Positions 39,577-52,746 of a stretch of 64,000 bases of DNA are shown here, one piece after another. The first letter of the stretch is position 1. Every line of letters begins with the position of its first letter. This DNA is from Octopus vulgaris (taxonomy: Eukaryota). A model generated the notes under the pieces. That model made no database searches, had not been told where the DNA came from, and saw only the letters and a list, made by a program, of their open reading frames with translations. Position numbers and translations under genes: made by a program. The stretch covers positions 55,366,001 through 55,430,000 of the forward strand of contig OX597833.1 in the NCBI GenBank assembly GCA_951406725.2. The letters are read 5' to 3'.

Positions 39577-41997
39577 CTCAAATTTTCTGTTCTCACAATA
39601 TGGGTTGGATATGTTTACAAATTCTTACATTTGCATGAATTATTGAAGTATCTCCAAATAAGGTCTTCAGGTTTTTTTTTTTCCCCTCAAATTTTCTGTT
39701 CTGACAATATGGGTTGGACAAGTTTACAAATTCTTACATGAATTTGCATGAATTATTGAAGTATCTCCAAATAAGGTCTTCAGGTTTGTTTGTTTTTTTG
39801 GGTTTTTTTCCCTCAAATTTTCTGTTCTGATAATATGGGTTGGACAAGTTTACAAATTCTTACATTTGCATGAATTATCGAAGTATCTCCAAATAAGGTC
39901 TTCAGGTTTGTTTATTATTTTTTTTCCTCAAATTTTCTGTTCTGACAATATGGGTTGGATATGTTTACAAATTCTTACATTTGCAAGAATTATTTTGAAG
40001 TATCCCCAAATAAGGTCTTCAGGTTTGTTTATTTTATTTTTATTATTTTTTTCCCCTCAAATTTTCTGTTCTGACAATATGGGTTGGATAAGTTTACAAA
40101 TTCTTACATTTACATGAATTATTGGAGTATCTCCAAATAAGATCTTCAGGTTTGTTTATTTGATTTTTTATTATTTGTTTTTCCTCAAATTTTCTGTTCT
40201 GACAATATGGGTTGGATAAGTTTACAAATTCTTACATGAATTTGCATGAATTATTGAAGTATCTCCAAATAAGATCTTCAGGTTTGTTTAATTTATTTTT
40301 TATTATTTTTTTTTCCCTCAAATTTTCTGTTCTGACAATATGGGTTGGACAAGTTTACAAATTCTTACATGAATTTGCATGAATTATTGAAGTATCTCCA
40401 AATAAGGTCTTCGGGTTTGTTTGTTTTTTTGGGTTTTTTTCCCTCAAATTTTCTGATCTGATAATATGGGTTGGACAAGTTTACAAATTCTTACATTTGC
40501 ATGAATTATTTTGAAGTATCTCCAAATAAGGTCTTCAGGTTTGGTTTTTTTTTTTCCTCAAATTTTCTGTTCTGACAATATGGGTTGGACAAGTTTACAA
40601 ATTCTTACATGAATTTGCATGAATTATTGAAGTATCTCCAAATAAGGTCTTCAGGGTTTTTTTTTCCCCCAAATTTTCTATTTTGACAATATGGGTTGGA
40701 TAAATTTACAAATTCTTACATTTCAATGAATTATTGAAGTATCTCCAAATAACTTCTTCAGGTTTGTTTATTTTTTTTTTTTTTTCCTCAAATTTTCTGT
40801 TCTGACAATATGGGTTGGACAAGTTTACAAATTCTTACATGAATTTGCATGAATTATTGAAGTATCTCCAAATAAGGTCTTCAGGTTTGTTTGTTTTTTT
40901 GGGTTTTTTTCCCTCAAATTTTCTGTTCTGATAATATGGGTTGGACAAGTTTACAAATTCTTACATTTGCATGAATTATCGAAGTATCTCCAAATAAGGT
41001 CTTCAGGTTTGTTTATTATTTTTTTCCTCAAATTTTCTGTTCTGACAATATGGGTTGGATAAGTTTACAAATTCTTACATTTACATGAATTATTGGAGTA
41101 TCTCCAAATAAGATCTTCAGGTTTGTTTATTTGATTTTTTATTATTTGTTTTTCCTCAAATTTTCTGTTCTGACAATATGGGTTGGATAAGTTTACAAAT
41201 TCTTACATGAATTTGCATGAATTATTGAAGTATCTCCAAATAAGATCTTCAGGTTTGTTTAATTTATTTTTTATTATTTTTTTTTCCCTCAAATTTTCTG
41301 TTCTGACAATATGGGTTGGACAAGTTTACAAATTCTTACATGAATTTGCATGAATTATTGAAGTATCTCCAAATAAGGTCTTCGGGTTTGTTTGTTTTTT
41401 GGGTTTTTTTCCCTCAAATTTTCTGATCTGATAATATGGGTTGGACAAGTTTACAAATTCTTACATTTGCATGAATTATTTTGAAGTATCTCCAAATAAG
41501 GTCTTCAGGTTTGGTTTTTTTTTTTTTTTCCTCAAATTTTCTGTTCTGACAATATGGGTTGGACAAGTTTACAAATTCTTACATGAATTTGCATGAATTA
41601 TTGAAGTATCTCCAAATAAGGTCTTCAGGGGGTTTTTTTCCCTCAAATTTTCTATTTTGACAATATGGGTTGGATAAATTTACAAATTCTTACATTTCAA
41701 TGAATTATTGAAGTATCTCCAAATAACTTCTTCAGGTTTGTTTATTTTTTTTTTTTTTTCCTCAAATTTTCTGTTCTGACAATATGGGTTGGACAAGTTT
41801 ACTAATTCTTACATGAATTATTGAAGTATCTCCAAATAAGGTCTTTTTTTTTGGGGGGGGGCTCCCTCAAATTTTCTGTTCTGATAATATGGGTTGGACA
41901 AGTTTACAAATTCTTACATTTGCAAGAATTATTTTGAAGTATCTCCAAATAAGGTCTTCAGGTTTGTTTATTTTATTTTATTATTATTTTTTTTTTT
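39577..41997. repeat. Tandem satellite of 20 units (about 105-133 bp) with higher-order duplication
   Basis: Conserved core CCTCAAATTTTCTGTTCTGACAATATGGGTTGG...CTCCAAATAAGGTCTTCAGG plus a variable T-rich linker. Confidence 0.95.
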
Positions 41998-42550
41998 ACT
42001 CTGCCATTTTCAATGTTGTCCTCTGAACTAGACTTGTTTGTTCAAACTCAGCATTCAACGGCCCTTGCTCTTATTCCTTGTCTGTCTGCCCATCTGCTTC
42101 TCTCTCTCTCTCATCCATTTTATCGAAGCAATAAACAAACATATTGCAGTTATTTCTACAGCTCTCTTGTTCCATGTCTTTTATAACTTCCTGCAATTGT
42201 CTTTGTTGACGGAAATATCCGATGGGTATGGATGTTTATACTCGTATTATTTGTAATTGTAATTTTTCCATTATTTCGAATTGTTTACTGTGTTCTGTTT
42301 CATTTACCTCTGTTGATTGCACTTGCACTCATTTAATTAATTGGATATCAAGTGGGGTTTTTTTTTTTGGTTTTTTTTTGTTTTGTTTTGTTTTCTGTCC
42401 AACATTCACTCCTTTCAGTGCAGTACCAAAACAACATACCCTCGGGTATTTCACTCTTAATTCTCTAATGTCTTTATTTATACTACGACGCTAGTGCTTC
42501 GCTAATTTCATTTGGAGCATTTTTAATTTAAAACTAAGAGCCATGTTAAT

Positions 42551-42701
42551 TATGTGTCTGTGTATGTGACTGTGTGTGTGTATATAAAAATATGCACACA
42601 CACACACACATCCACACACTCACATGACCACACATACATATATATATATATATGTATATACATATATATATATATATAGATAGATAGATAGATATATTTG
42701 T

Positions 42702-42742
<41 letters not shown>

Positions 42743-42927
42743 CATATATATATACGTGTGGTCATGTGAGTGTGTGTGTGTGTATAAAAACATGCATACA
42801 CACACACTCAAATGAGCACACATACATATATATATGTATGTATATATATAAATATATATATATAAATGCTTACATACATACCATATACATACATACATAC
42901 ACACATACACCCATATATGCATATGCA
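42551..42927. repeat. Compound CA/TA/TG/GATA microsatellite region
   Basis: Directly visible. Confidence 0.9.
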
Positions 42928-43609
42928 TGAAGTGGCAACAAAACTCACATGCACTCCATACAGTACCCCCCTCAACTTGGTCCAAAACAATATTATTCGC
43001 TGAAAGACTTTCAATGAATAATTGTATATAATTATAAATTTTCTCAAAGCTTTGACATAAAGTCTTATATGAAAAAAAAACAAAAATAAAATAAAAGAGA
43101 ATGAACGACTGTGATTTATCATATAAAAGAGAATATGTATATTTTTATCTCGTTGTTCTCTTGTAATAAACATGTTTGTTTTCTGCAACCATTCACATCA
43201 TGAAACGCTATTAGTAAAACTGAAACATGCTAAGAAGGAAAAGCAAAAAAAAAAAGCCAAAGAAACTGATATTTTAGACCAGTGGTGTGTTGTTCTAAAA
43301 GGCCAGTTTTGGAACATAAATATATGAATATAATCAAAATAAATATAATGATTGCCATGACACAAATCATGTCTGCAAACAAGTTGACCGAGTAAAAGTC
43401 AAACAGTCCCCAAATTAGTTGGTACTGGATAATAAGAGACTGTGTATGTGTGTATTGATGTCTATAATGTCGGCAGTTGAATTATTGGAGGCCCATGATA
43501 TATGTATGTGAATGTGTGTGTAGAATAAAACAGAAACAACCAAATGGATTTCTGAGTGTTGCTACAGTTGTTTCGTTACAAGTTTTTATTTTCATGTAAG
43601 CATAATATA

Positions 43610-43795
43610 TTGGGTTGTCCGGAAAGTTCATGCCGATTTTTAAAGGAAAGGAAAAGGTAATTCCACGAAAAGATAGCTTAAACTGTGCTCTAAATGAAGG
43701 TGTTGTCAAATCCTGTTTCATGGACTCAACCATGTTCTAAAATAAGTCGAAAGGTAATCTACTATAAATCGGCACAAACTTTCCGGACAACCCTA
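43610..43795. mobile_element. Tc1/mariner-type MITE
   Basis: TIRs of about 30 bp (TTGGGTTGTCCGGAAAGTTCATGCCGATTT / AAATCGGCACAAACTTTCCGGACAACCCTA) flanked by TA. Confidence 0.85.
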
Positions 43796-44164
43796 TAGTT
43801 CTACAAGTTATGCAATAAATGCTCTGTGCAACTCCCAAACTCCGTTCTGTTTTGAGAAGTTGCATAGGGTATCGCATAACCTGTTTGCTTACATACCTTT
43901 ATTTATATTGACATCAAAATAGAAATTCTTAACACAAACAACCATAGCAACACTCGGAAATCCATGTTTGTTTTGTCTTTTTTATGCCACACTATTTATT
44001 TTATTCTTTGTTGAATATTTTCTATTCTATTAGAAATGCAGATTACCCAACAACAGTGTCTTAACTTCATCAGTGCCTTCTGCTCAGATAGTGAATTAGT
44101 TTACTCTCTGCTCTGTGTGATTCTGTCTACACAATTAGCGGCATGCTTACTGTTGATTCTTTAT

Positions 44165-44681
44165 AATAAAAATAAAACAAAAATGCGCCCTTTTCAAGCC
44201 TAGCCAGGCTCATGGGCCTGGTTTCCCGGTTTCAATGGCGTATGTGTTCCCCAGCAGGACGGGACGTCAGTCCATCGCAGCGTTACTCATTTTTGCCAGC
44301 TGAGTGGACTGGAGCAATGTGAAATGAAGTGTTTTGCTTAAGAACACAACGCGTCGCCTGGTCCAGGAATCGAAACCACAATCTTATGATCATGATGCTG
44401 ACACCCTAACCACTAAGCCACGTGCCTCCACTGTGCCCTTTTAAGGCCTAGCCCGGCTCATGGGCACGGTTTCCCGGTTTCAATGGGGTGTATGTGTTCC
44501 CCAGCTGGACGGGACGTCAGTCCATCGCAGCGTTACTCATTTTTGCCAGTTGAGTGGACTGGAGCAACGTGAAACGAAGTGTTTTGCTCAAGAACACAAC
44601 GCATCGCCCGGTCCAGGAATCGAAACCACAATCTTACGATCACGATGCTGACACCCTAACCACTGTGCCACGTGCTTCCAC
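44165..44681 (-). mobile_element. Head-to-tail dimer of tRNA-derived SINE family D inside a single TSD
   Basis: Two units of about 248 bp (44184-44431 and 44432-44681); TSD TTGATTCTTTAT at 44153-44164 and 44682-44693. Confidence 0.85.
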
Positions 44682-44705
44682 TTGATTCTTTATGGATCCT
44701 TATAA

Positions 44706-44745
<40 letters not shown>

Positions 44746-46237
44746 CACATGTGCAAATGCTACATCTTTGCATGGAAGGATTAAACTAAAACTGAAGATA
44801 TTTTCTGATGTTTTTATCAACAAAGCATTCTCTACATCTGCACCTTCAAAGACAAGTGGAATAAAAAAAAACAAAATAATATCCTTTGATTCTTTTTGAA
44901 GTAAAGGGCTAACAACAGAGAGAGTATCCAACTATAAAACCATGCCTCAGTAATCTGTATTCATCTAACCCATGCCACCATGGAAAAACAGACGTAAGAA
45001 GGACAAATATGTTTATTACATATTTTCGCACCTTTGCAATGCAATCTCATAAGACTGTAAATCTTGCAGCTGAGACTAGTTGTTTACTCATTTTTTTTAA
45101 CATTTCCATCTTACCATTTATTATTATTATTATTATTATTGTTATTATGTCACCTCTGTTTGCCTTAGCTGTGTCTATACATCTGTACACCTCTCTTTAT
45201 AAGTGTGTGTATATGCGTGAACACATCCATTTGTGTGCACATGTCATAAATAATACATACCATTCCAGGAACACCTTTCTAATCATAACAGTTTGTCTTT
45301 CAGCTTTAGCTTACAATTCTTAAGCAACGACTGCACCTGTAAAACATAAAATATAAAGAAAATGAAACAAGAAATCTTTCCTTCTTCTCGTCTTCTCAAA
45401 TCCTTTGCTAGTTATATCTGTTATTCATCTTTATCTCATATTTTGTTATTGTTTTATCTCTTATCATTAAAGTTTTATTTGCTTAATTTTTAACCTTCTA
45501 AAACTAATTTTTGCCATTATTTTTATCTTCTTTTCAATTATTACCCAGTAAAAGAAAAAACTCTTATTGTCCTAGTTTTTCCTATAATCAAACTAGGACA
45601 ATAAGAGTATATTCTATACATTGTGATAAAACTAGTTGTGGCTGTGTGGTAAGTAGCTTGCTTACCAGCCACATGATTCCGGGTTTGTCCATGATTCAGT
45701 TTTTGCAAATTCAAGGATGCAAAACACCTTTTCTGGTTGAGTGAACGCCATTACTGGATCTGTAAAAAATCATTAGCATTACAAAAAAAACTTAATGAAT
45801 TTAGCTTTAAAATGGTACCAGTTTCATCTTAGTACCAATCATAGTCCAGCAGATATGGGGACTTGAAATGTGTCCAAGACTTCTTGAACACCCTGTATTT
45901 CTTGATCCCCTCATATTTTATCTGAGGAGCAGAGAACTGAAAACCTTGAACTACAAAATGTGAAGTTTTGGTTTCATTAAACATAATACCCTACATTCAG
46001 TTTAAAGTACTCTTCCCCTGCTTCTTGTTGAATCTTGCATGTTTGTGTGTATACATATACATGTATACTACATGCAAGCATGCACACACACACACGTGTA
46101 TTTAGAACTTCCTTCCCATTATTTTTGTCTTTACATAAATTTGTTTGATGAGATGTATCCCGTTGTATTTATAAATAGTTTGGGTTTCACTTCCATATAC
46201 ATATTATTTTAGCCCTTATGAAAATCTTATCATTATA

Positions 46238-46629
46238 CTAGCAGTATCGCCCGGCGTTGCTCAGGTTTATTTCGACCCTTTAGAATTGGAATATTTGAAA
46301 AGTAAAAATTTTGCATTATGTAGCTTGTTATTCTCTTTCAGTGAACATTTTTCTGGTTGAAATACACCGAAAAATGATGACACAGCAGTCAAAAAATCGT
46401 AAAAGATAGGGATTTTCATAGAAAAAAAGCACCTTTTTGATGTTAATAATTTTTGATGTTAACATGGTCCGATTCAAATTTTTTCTTCTACGGAAGGAAG
46501 AGCAAGCCTTCTTCTATCATACTTTCAATTTTGGTCAACTTGTGCTGCAGGGTCTCGGAGGAGATAGTGTTAGTTGAAGGCTACCAAACCTGCCATACAC
46601 AGACAACTTCAACTTTATATATATAGAGA
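46238..46629 (-). mobile_element. Non-autonomous Helitron, family H1
   Basis: Colinear with 6153-6547; TC and CTAG termini between A and T. Confidence 0.8.
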
Positions 46630-46845
46630 TTACTGAAAATTATCTCTAGTTGTTAATTTTATCCTTGCATATGTTGAGAAACTTCAGTTTGTTTTATTGT
46701 GAAAATGAATTGATGGAATTTATTTTAAAATTCTATTAATAATAATACTCACATCCATGATAATGATGTTGGTAGAGGTAGTAATGATGGTAGTTACAAT
46801 AATGGCAATGATATACTAATATCTTTTATCGATTCTTTTCTTTAG

Positions 46846-48853
46846 ATACATCATCTGTAACGAAGCTGCCCCAGCATGTGACCAAAGTGGAATCTCCTGA
46901 TGCTAAGCTTAAGGCCAGTGTTAAAAGCGATTTAACGGATTACGAAACTGATGATGATATGCTGTTGAATGATGACGGTGTTGATTTAAATAAAAGCCTT
47001 GAAAACACCGAAGATGAAGAACTCTTGCTCAGTCCCAATATAACTCCGTTGCCAGATGACCCTGATTCCCATACTACAAACAGCGATGCTACGTTAGGGG
47101 AATCAAAAAGTTCTACGCCTGTTGATCCCTGTTCTAAGGGAAGTGAAAGTCTCCCTAAAACCCTCGATGGGGAGTTACTGGTTTTGAAACAGGAGCGAGA
47201 GTTACAATCAAATGAAGATCTTAAACAGAATTGGGAATCCAGTTCTGTAAAAGAGAAATTAATAGAAAATGTGAAAACAGAGTCGAACTTTTATAGCCCC
47301 AACTCTGCATATTATATGCCACAGTCTTCTGAGCACAGTTTGCATGTAGATTCAAAAGGTTCTATGGATTCTGCATCCAAAGATGCAAAGCATTCAACTG
47401 AAACAAACGGATCGCAGAGTGATTCAATGGTTTTCAAAAGTGAGCAAATACCTCAAGGAAATAATGTGGTGTCACAAGACTGGCAAGGGCAAGACCAAGG
47501 ACCAATGAAAGCTGGTTTGTTAGAGGACAATATCAAAAAAGAGATAGTGTTTTACTTACCTGAGCCATCGTCGACACCTGCTGCGAACCCAAACTTGAAC
47601 GTCGAGCAGGAAAATGAAAACTGGGTATCCACGACTTTCAAAGATATCAAGACCAATATAAAAGTCGAGAAAGAGTCGGACCCTGGTTACGACTCCGCTG
47701 CTGCCGGTTCCACTGGAAGTGAGCAAAACCGTGTCTTTGTTTCACCGCTTCCTGAGCAGCCCTCATCGACACACGTCTCGAGTCACACAGCAACGAAAGA
47801 ACATAATTCACAGGCATCCACCTCTGTGACTTCTACTTCATCTTCTACCTCTTCGTCTAGCACTCCAGCTACTTCTACTGTTGCTTCTGCCAGTACTGAT
47901 CCTGCGAGTTCTTCAGCATCGACGAGTCAAGCAGAAGAAGACAGCCGTGTGGAGAATGTCTTCGCACAGAGTAATTCCTCTGAGACGGCGCCTGAACAAA
48001 AGGATGTTGTTAACGAGGAAGAAGATATGGACAATGATAACTTCGAAGACGGAGATATAGAAGATTTTGATGAAGACGAAGATGATATTTCTAATGAGGA
48101 ATTTGGTGATGAAGACGATGTGGACTCCCTAAATTTTAGTGAAAAGGATACTGAAGAGGGACTGTCTACTAAATTAAAAGACCTCGATGACGATGTTGAT
48201 GATGATGATGATGACAATGATATTGATAATGATGGCAATGAGGGCGATGGCAAAAAAGAGAAGAAAACAGATGAAGTGAACAATGAATCAAAGTCTAGTA
48301 ATGAGAAAGAAGAGTCGAAGGAATCGGAGAAAGACAGCAAGGACAACAACAAAAGCAATAGCAACCTGAAAGCTTCCAAAACGGACACCATTTCACCAGC
48401 AAGACAACGCATTTCTGAGAAGTTGCTCAGTATCAGGAAGCGGAAGGCTGCGATGGCAGCTGCGAATACTTCCTCATCAAAGAAATTAAAAACCGACGAA
48501 CAACAAGACCAGCCCGCGGACACGTGTGGCTCTTCCAGTCCGAGTAATTTGTCGAGTACTCGCGCAGCGCATCACTTTGACGAGTCCAGCCAGTCTCATC
48601 TTCAGGATGGCATGAGCAACAAGACAACAATGAAACTGCCGAAAGTCGACAAGGACAAAGCACGTTCTCTTCTGGAGAAATTAAGGGAGAAGCGAAAGTA
48701 TTTAAAAATTAAGAAGACGGTTCCAGTGTCCCCTCCTGATATGGACACGAAAGAGGACAACCAAAACGCAGAAGACATTCCAGAAGATGAGTTGACAGCA
48801 TCTTCACAAGCTTGTCAAAAGCTCCTCGATGAAGAAGCAAGCCAAATACCAAA
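46846..48853 (+). CDS. Giant coding exon 2 (2008 nt); Ser-rich and acidic disordered region with basic NLS-like clusters
   Basis: Covers the 677-aa ORF; TTTAG acceptor in phase 1 matches the previous exon; AA|GTACGT donor in phase 2 matches the next. Confidence 0.88.
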
Positions 48854-49501
48854 GTACGTATCCCAATTTTTTGTTTTTATTCTTGTCTGTCTTTGTATGT
48901 CTTCATTTTAAATCTGATCTCTAACATTAAAATTCCTGCACAAAGAAGTCAAAAGTCAAAATTCTATACAAGTTCATTGTTGGATTTTTATATTTTCATA
49001 TGGCTTAGTGGTTAGGGCGTTGGATTCATGAGAGTAAGATTATAGTTTTGGTTCCTGGACTGGGCAGTGCATTGTGTTCTTGAGCAAATCTCTTAATTTC
49101 ACATTGTTCCAGTTCACTCAGCCGGTAAAAATGAGTATTCCTACAATGGACTGGCATCCCATCCAGGTGCAGAATATATACACCAGAGAAACCGCAGCCC
49201 TATGCTCCTTTTAGTGTAATGTGGACTAATCATGCTAAAAAGTAACAGATACATACACATACTCACTCACATAGATATACACACATGCACACACACATTC
49301 ATAGATACATACATATATATATGTATGTATGTATGCATATATGTGTTGGGTTCTTTCTTTAGTCTCCTAATGTAGTCCCTGTTACTGAGAGTGCCTGGCC
49401 ATTTTCCTACTAGTTCAACCTTCATTTGTACGATTTGAACACAGCATGAAAGGCCTCATTATAGATCCAATGTCAATCCATTTTGAAATTGGTATCAAGG
49501 G

Positions 49502-49532
<31 letters not shown>

Positions 49533-50508
49533 TACACACGCACAATACAAAATGAGTGGAAATCACTTCTTGATGTACAAAGGAGTACCAAGAAGACCCT
49601 GCCTTTAAAGGTACTGCAAAGGGCCCTGTTGGAGGCCCAAACTTCCGGGTTCTTTTATGGGGCTTAGAAAAACAGATCTTCCTGCTTTTTCTTTTACCCA
49701 AAGCCAGGAACTTTACAGCGCCACCCCTTGTAGTGTTTGTAGGTTATTGAAAAGTTAACAAGAGAGAAGTTCTTACACAGAAATTACTAAGGTGCCGGAG
49801 TGGCTGTGTGGTAAGTAGCTTGCTTACCAATCACGTGGTTCCGGTTTTTTTCCCACTGTGTGGCACCTTGGGCAAGTGTCTTCTACTATAGCTTCAGGTT
49901 GGCCAAAACCTTGTGAGTGAATTTGGTAGATGGAAACTGAAGTAAGCCCATCGTTTATATATGTGTATATGTTTGTGTGTCTGTGTTTGTCCCCCTCCCA
50001 CCATTGCTTAACAACTGATGTTGGTGTGTTTACGTCCCCCATAACTTAGCAGTTTGGCAAAAAGTGGCTGATAGGATATGTACTAGGCTTACAAAGAATA
50101 AGCTCTGGGGTCGATTTGTTTGACTAAAAGGTCGTGCTCCAGCATGGCCACAGTCAAATGACTGAAACAAATTATAGAACAAGTCAAAAGCAAAAATAAT
50201 TTGAATGACTTATCTCAGGTCAATGTTCTCAGATAACCTAATTATTTAAAAGCAAATAGCAAGTAGAAAAGGTTATCACAGGTAGGTAACAATGTAGGTG
50301 AGTAAAATGTGTTAATTAGGAATGAAGTAAATAAAAATATATTGGTAATAAACAACCAAAAAGCGCTGGTGTGGTTATGTGGTTAAGAAGCTTGCTTCCC
50401 ACCCAGTTGGTCTTCGGTTCAATCTCACTGCATTGCATTTTGTACCATAACCTTGGGCCAACCAAAATCTTGTGAGTAGATTTGGTAGATGGAAACACAT
50501 TGTATATA

Positions 50509-51013
50509 TCTATTATATAAAATCCGTTCTGTGTGTCGTTGTATGTGTCTTCTAGGATCTCGGGCATCCTCCATCCGGTTGCGCTCAAATTGTAGATATG
50601 TAGATACCGACGGTATCAGGGCGTGTATATGTCTTGAAAAATTTACAAAAATCGATTCCAGGTGAGAATGCAATTGATAAAGCCATGGGAACGTGCATTT
50701 GTATGTGCAAGTACATCACCTGTTGCGATCGATACTACACGTACACGAGAAAAATGCACGTGCAGTTTGCACAAAAAAGCCGGCTGGCTTGAAAAATAAT
50801 GCCACAAAATGGGACGTTCGGACAAAGTTGTTTTGAGAAAATTTGGTTTAAATGTTTGACAACTCAGCACCATCCATTGGACGAGGGGCGTTTTGCTCGT
50901 ATTTATATATTGCTGACATCTGTCTTGTTTACAGAAGATGTGGGTTTGCAACCCACAGGCAGCCTTCAAAGTTCTCTATCCAAAGGGTTTTTAACCCAAT
51001 ATTTTCATGCTAC
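50509..51013 (+). mobile_element. Probable non-autonomous Helitron, second family
   Basis: A|TCTATTATATAAAATC 5' end; GGGTT-TTT-AACCC hairpin near the 3' end, followed by CTAC|T (degenerate CTRR). Confidence 0.5.
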
Positions 51014-51617
51014 TAATAATAATGCCCTGGGTTGATCAAAGACTTGTTAGTGGATTTGAAAGCTGGAAACTAAAAGACCTTTGTGTGTGTGTGTGTGTTT
51101 ATGTATTATATTACGTGATGCACCCACTACATTCTCGGAGTGGTTGGCGTTAGGAAGGGCATCCAGCTGTAGAAACTCTGCCAGATCAGATTGGAGTCTG
51201 GTTCACTAGACCTCAGTCAAATCGTCCAACCCATGCTAGCATGGAAAGCGGACGTTAAATGATGATGATGATGATGATGGTTGAAAATGAGTGTCACTGT
51301 CATACAAGCAGAATCAATCATTTCTAGTATTTTGCAGAAGCATGTTTAGCCATGGGGAAATATTACCTTGCTTGGAAGCAGGTGAGGGTTGGCAACAGCA
51401 AAGGCATCCAGCCATAGAAAATTTACCTCAGTAAACTTGATCTGACCCAGGCAAACATGGGAAGGTACATATTAAACTGATAAGGATGATTTCTAAATGT
51501 ACAGGATTTGAATCCATGACATGCATTACGGCTTCCACCTATTGATCTGAGACATGGTATGACATGAGTAGTTTTCATAATTACTGATTTTCATTCACAA
51601 GTTTGTGACAGGAAGGT

Positions 51618-51856
51618 TTGAGCTGGCTCCATTCATCCTCAATGCTGCATCTCTCACAAACGCCGACCAGGCCTGGCGATTTGAGGCTAACTTCCGCGTG
51701 ATCTCCAACCACTCCTTAGTCCAGCAGCAAACGCTGTAGACATGGGGGCCTAGGTTGGGTTCCAGATCAGCCTTGACTGTCATCAGCTAGGTTTTTCCTT
51801 GTCCACCACATCGCTTTCGCCAACCCTGAAGGGGAGCTGGGGCAATTGCTTCGTAG
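51618..51856 (-). mobile_element. Second fragment of the same RTE-type LINE
   Basis: Reverse-complement match to about 16142-16362 (MTVKADLEPNLGP...QAWSAFVRDAALRMN); retains 18 nt that are absent from the first copy. Confidence 0.85.
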
Positions 51857-52175
51857 GGATCTGGCTGATATGCTGTTACTTATAGCAGACTGGGTAACCA
51901 GAGTTTCCTTTTGTTGTGTTGATTAACCTTTAGCAAGCTGTTGATGCATCATGTTGCTAAACAAGTTGTCTCCCCTCTCAGTTTGACAACAGTGCTACAG
52001 GGGAGGAAACATATATGATGCCATGAGGTGCCAAAAGTTAAACATTCAAATAGTATGTTGTGTTAGCAGTACAGGTTCAATTCCCAGTTGAGCAAATTAC
52101 ATTTATTTCTTCTAGAAATGGCAATTTCTCATAAAATTCAGTGTTACTTATTAAATTTATTTTGGTCAATTTCAG

Positions 52176-52259
52176 GTGTTCAGAAATTGTACAGAATATC
52201 CGGAAAGTTCTTGATAATCGGGAGGATTTGAAAAATTTACATCGAGTACGAAAATGGCT
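52176..52259 (+). CDS. Coding exon (CSEIVQNIRKVLDNREDLKNLHRVRKW)
   Basis: TTTCAG acceptor, GTGAGT donor, 84 nt, phase 2-2. Links the giant exon in frame to the P-loop exon. Confidence 0.82.
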
Positions 52260-52520
52260 GTGAGTATTGCTACAATTATTATTATTATTATTGCTACCAC
52301 ACCGGTCAAAATGTTTAACGTCATTTCTGTCGGTACATTCTACTAAATACCTTTGTGAAGTACTAACATAGTTCTTGTTCCTCTCCAACTTACTCTCCTT
52401 TATTCCCCACCCCCTATTCTGCTACCCCCTCTCTCTCTCACTTTCACTCATCCTCTATCTTATACTCTACTTTTTTCTTTTTCTTTCTTTTTTTCATACC
52501 ATTTTCTCCCTGTATTTTAG

Positions 52521-52746
52521 TGAAGAACTCAATGAACTGAACAAAAAATTGAAACTTCCGCGGACAGTTATTGCTGTGGTTGGTGACACGGGCGCAGGCA
52601 AATCCAGCTTGCTGAACGCTTTGTTGGATCACGGGAACATTCTGCCGACGTCGGGCATGAGAGCGTGCACTGCAGTAGTAGTTGAAGTGCAGCAAAACCT
52701 GCGCACCAACTGCTACGAGGCCGATATTGATTTCCTATCTCTTGAG
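52521..52746 (+). CDS. NUGGC: NUGGC/SLIP-GC-like dynamin-family GTPase, exon with G1 P-loop and G2
   Basis: Encodes VIAVVGDTGAGKSSLLNALL...ILPTSGMRACTAVVVEV; TTTTAG acceptor and GTAAGT donor. Symbol denotes family similarity; orthology not tested. Confidence 0.9.

Noticed and set aside
39660-41960. Minus-strand CTGAAGA...GAAA in each satellite unit as a tandem hammerhead array
   Set aside because: Only a weak CCTTA/TGAGG stem II; I could not find a consistent stem I, stem III or NUH triplet in the A-rich linker.
39577-41997. CRISPR-like constant-repeat/variable-spacer appearance
   Set aside because: The constant part is about 95 bp, the linkers are low-complexity T tracts that recur, there are no cas genes, and the context is a eukaryotic intron.
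47927-48523. 198-aa antisense ORF (also 37326-37718)
   Set aside because: Shadow of the codon-biased sense exon; Ser-rich mirror sequence with no independent support.
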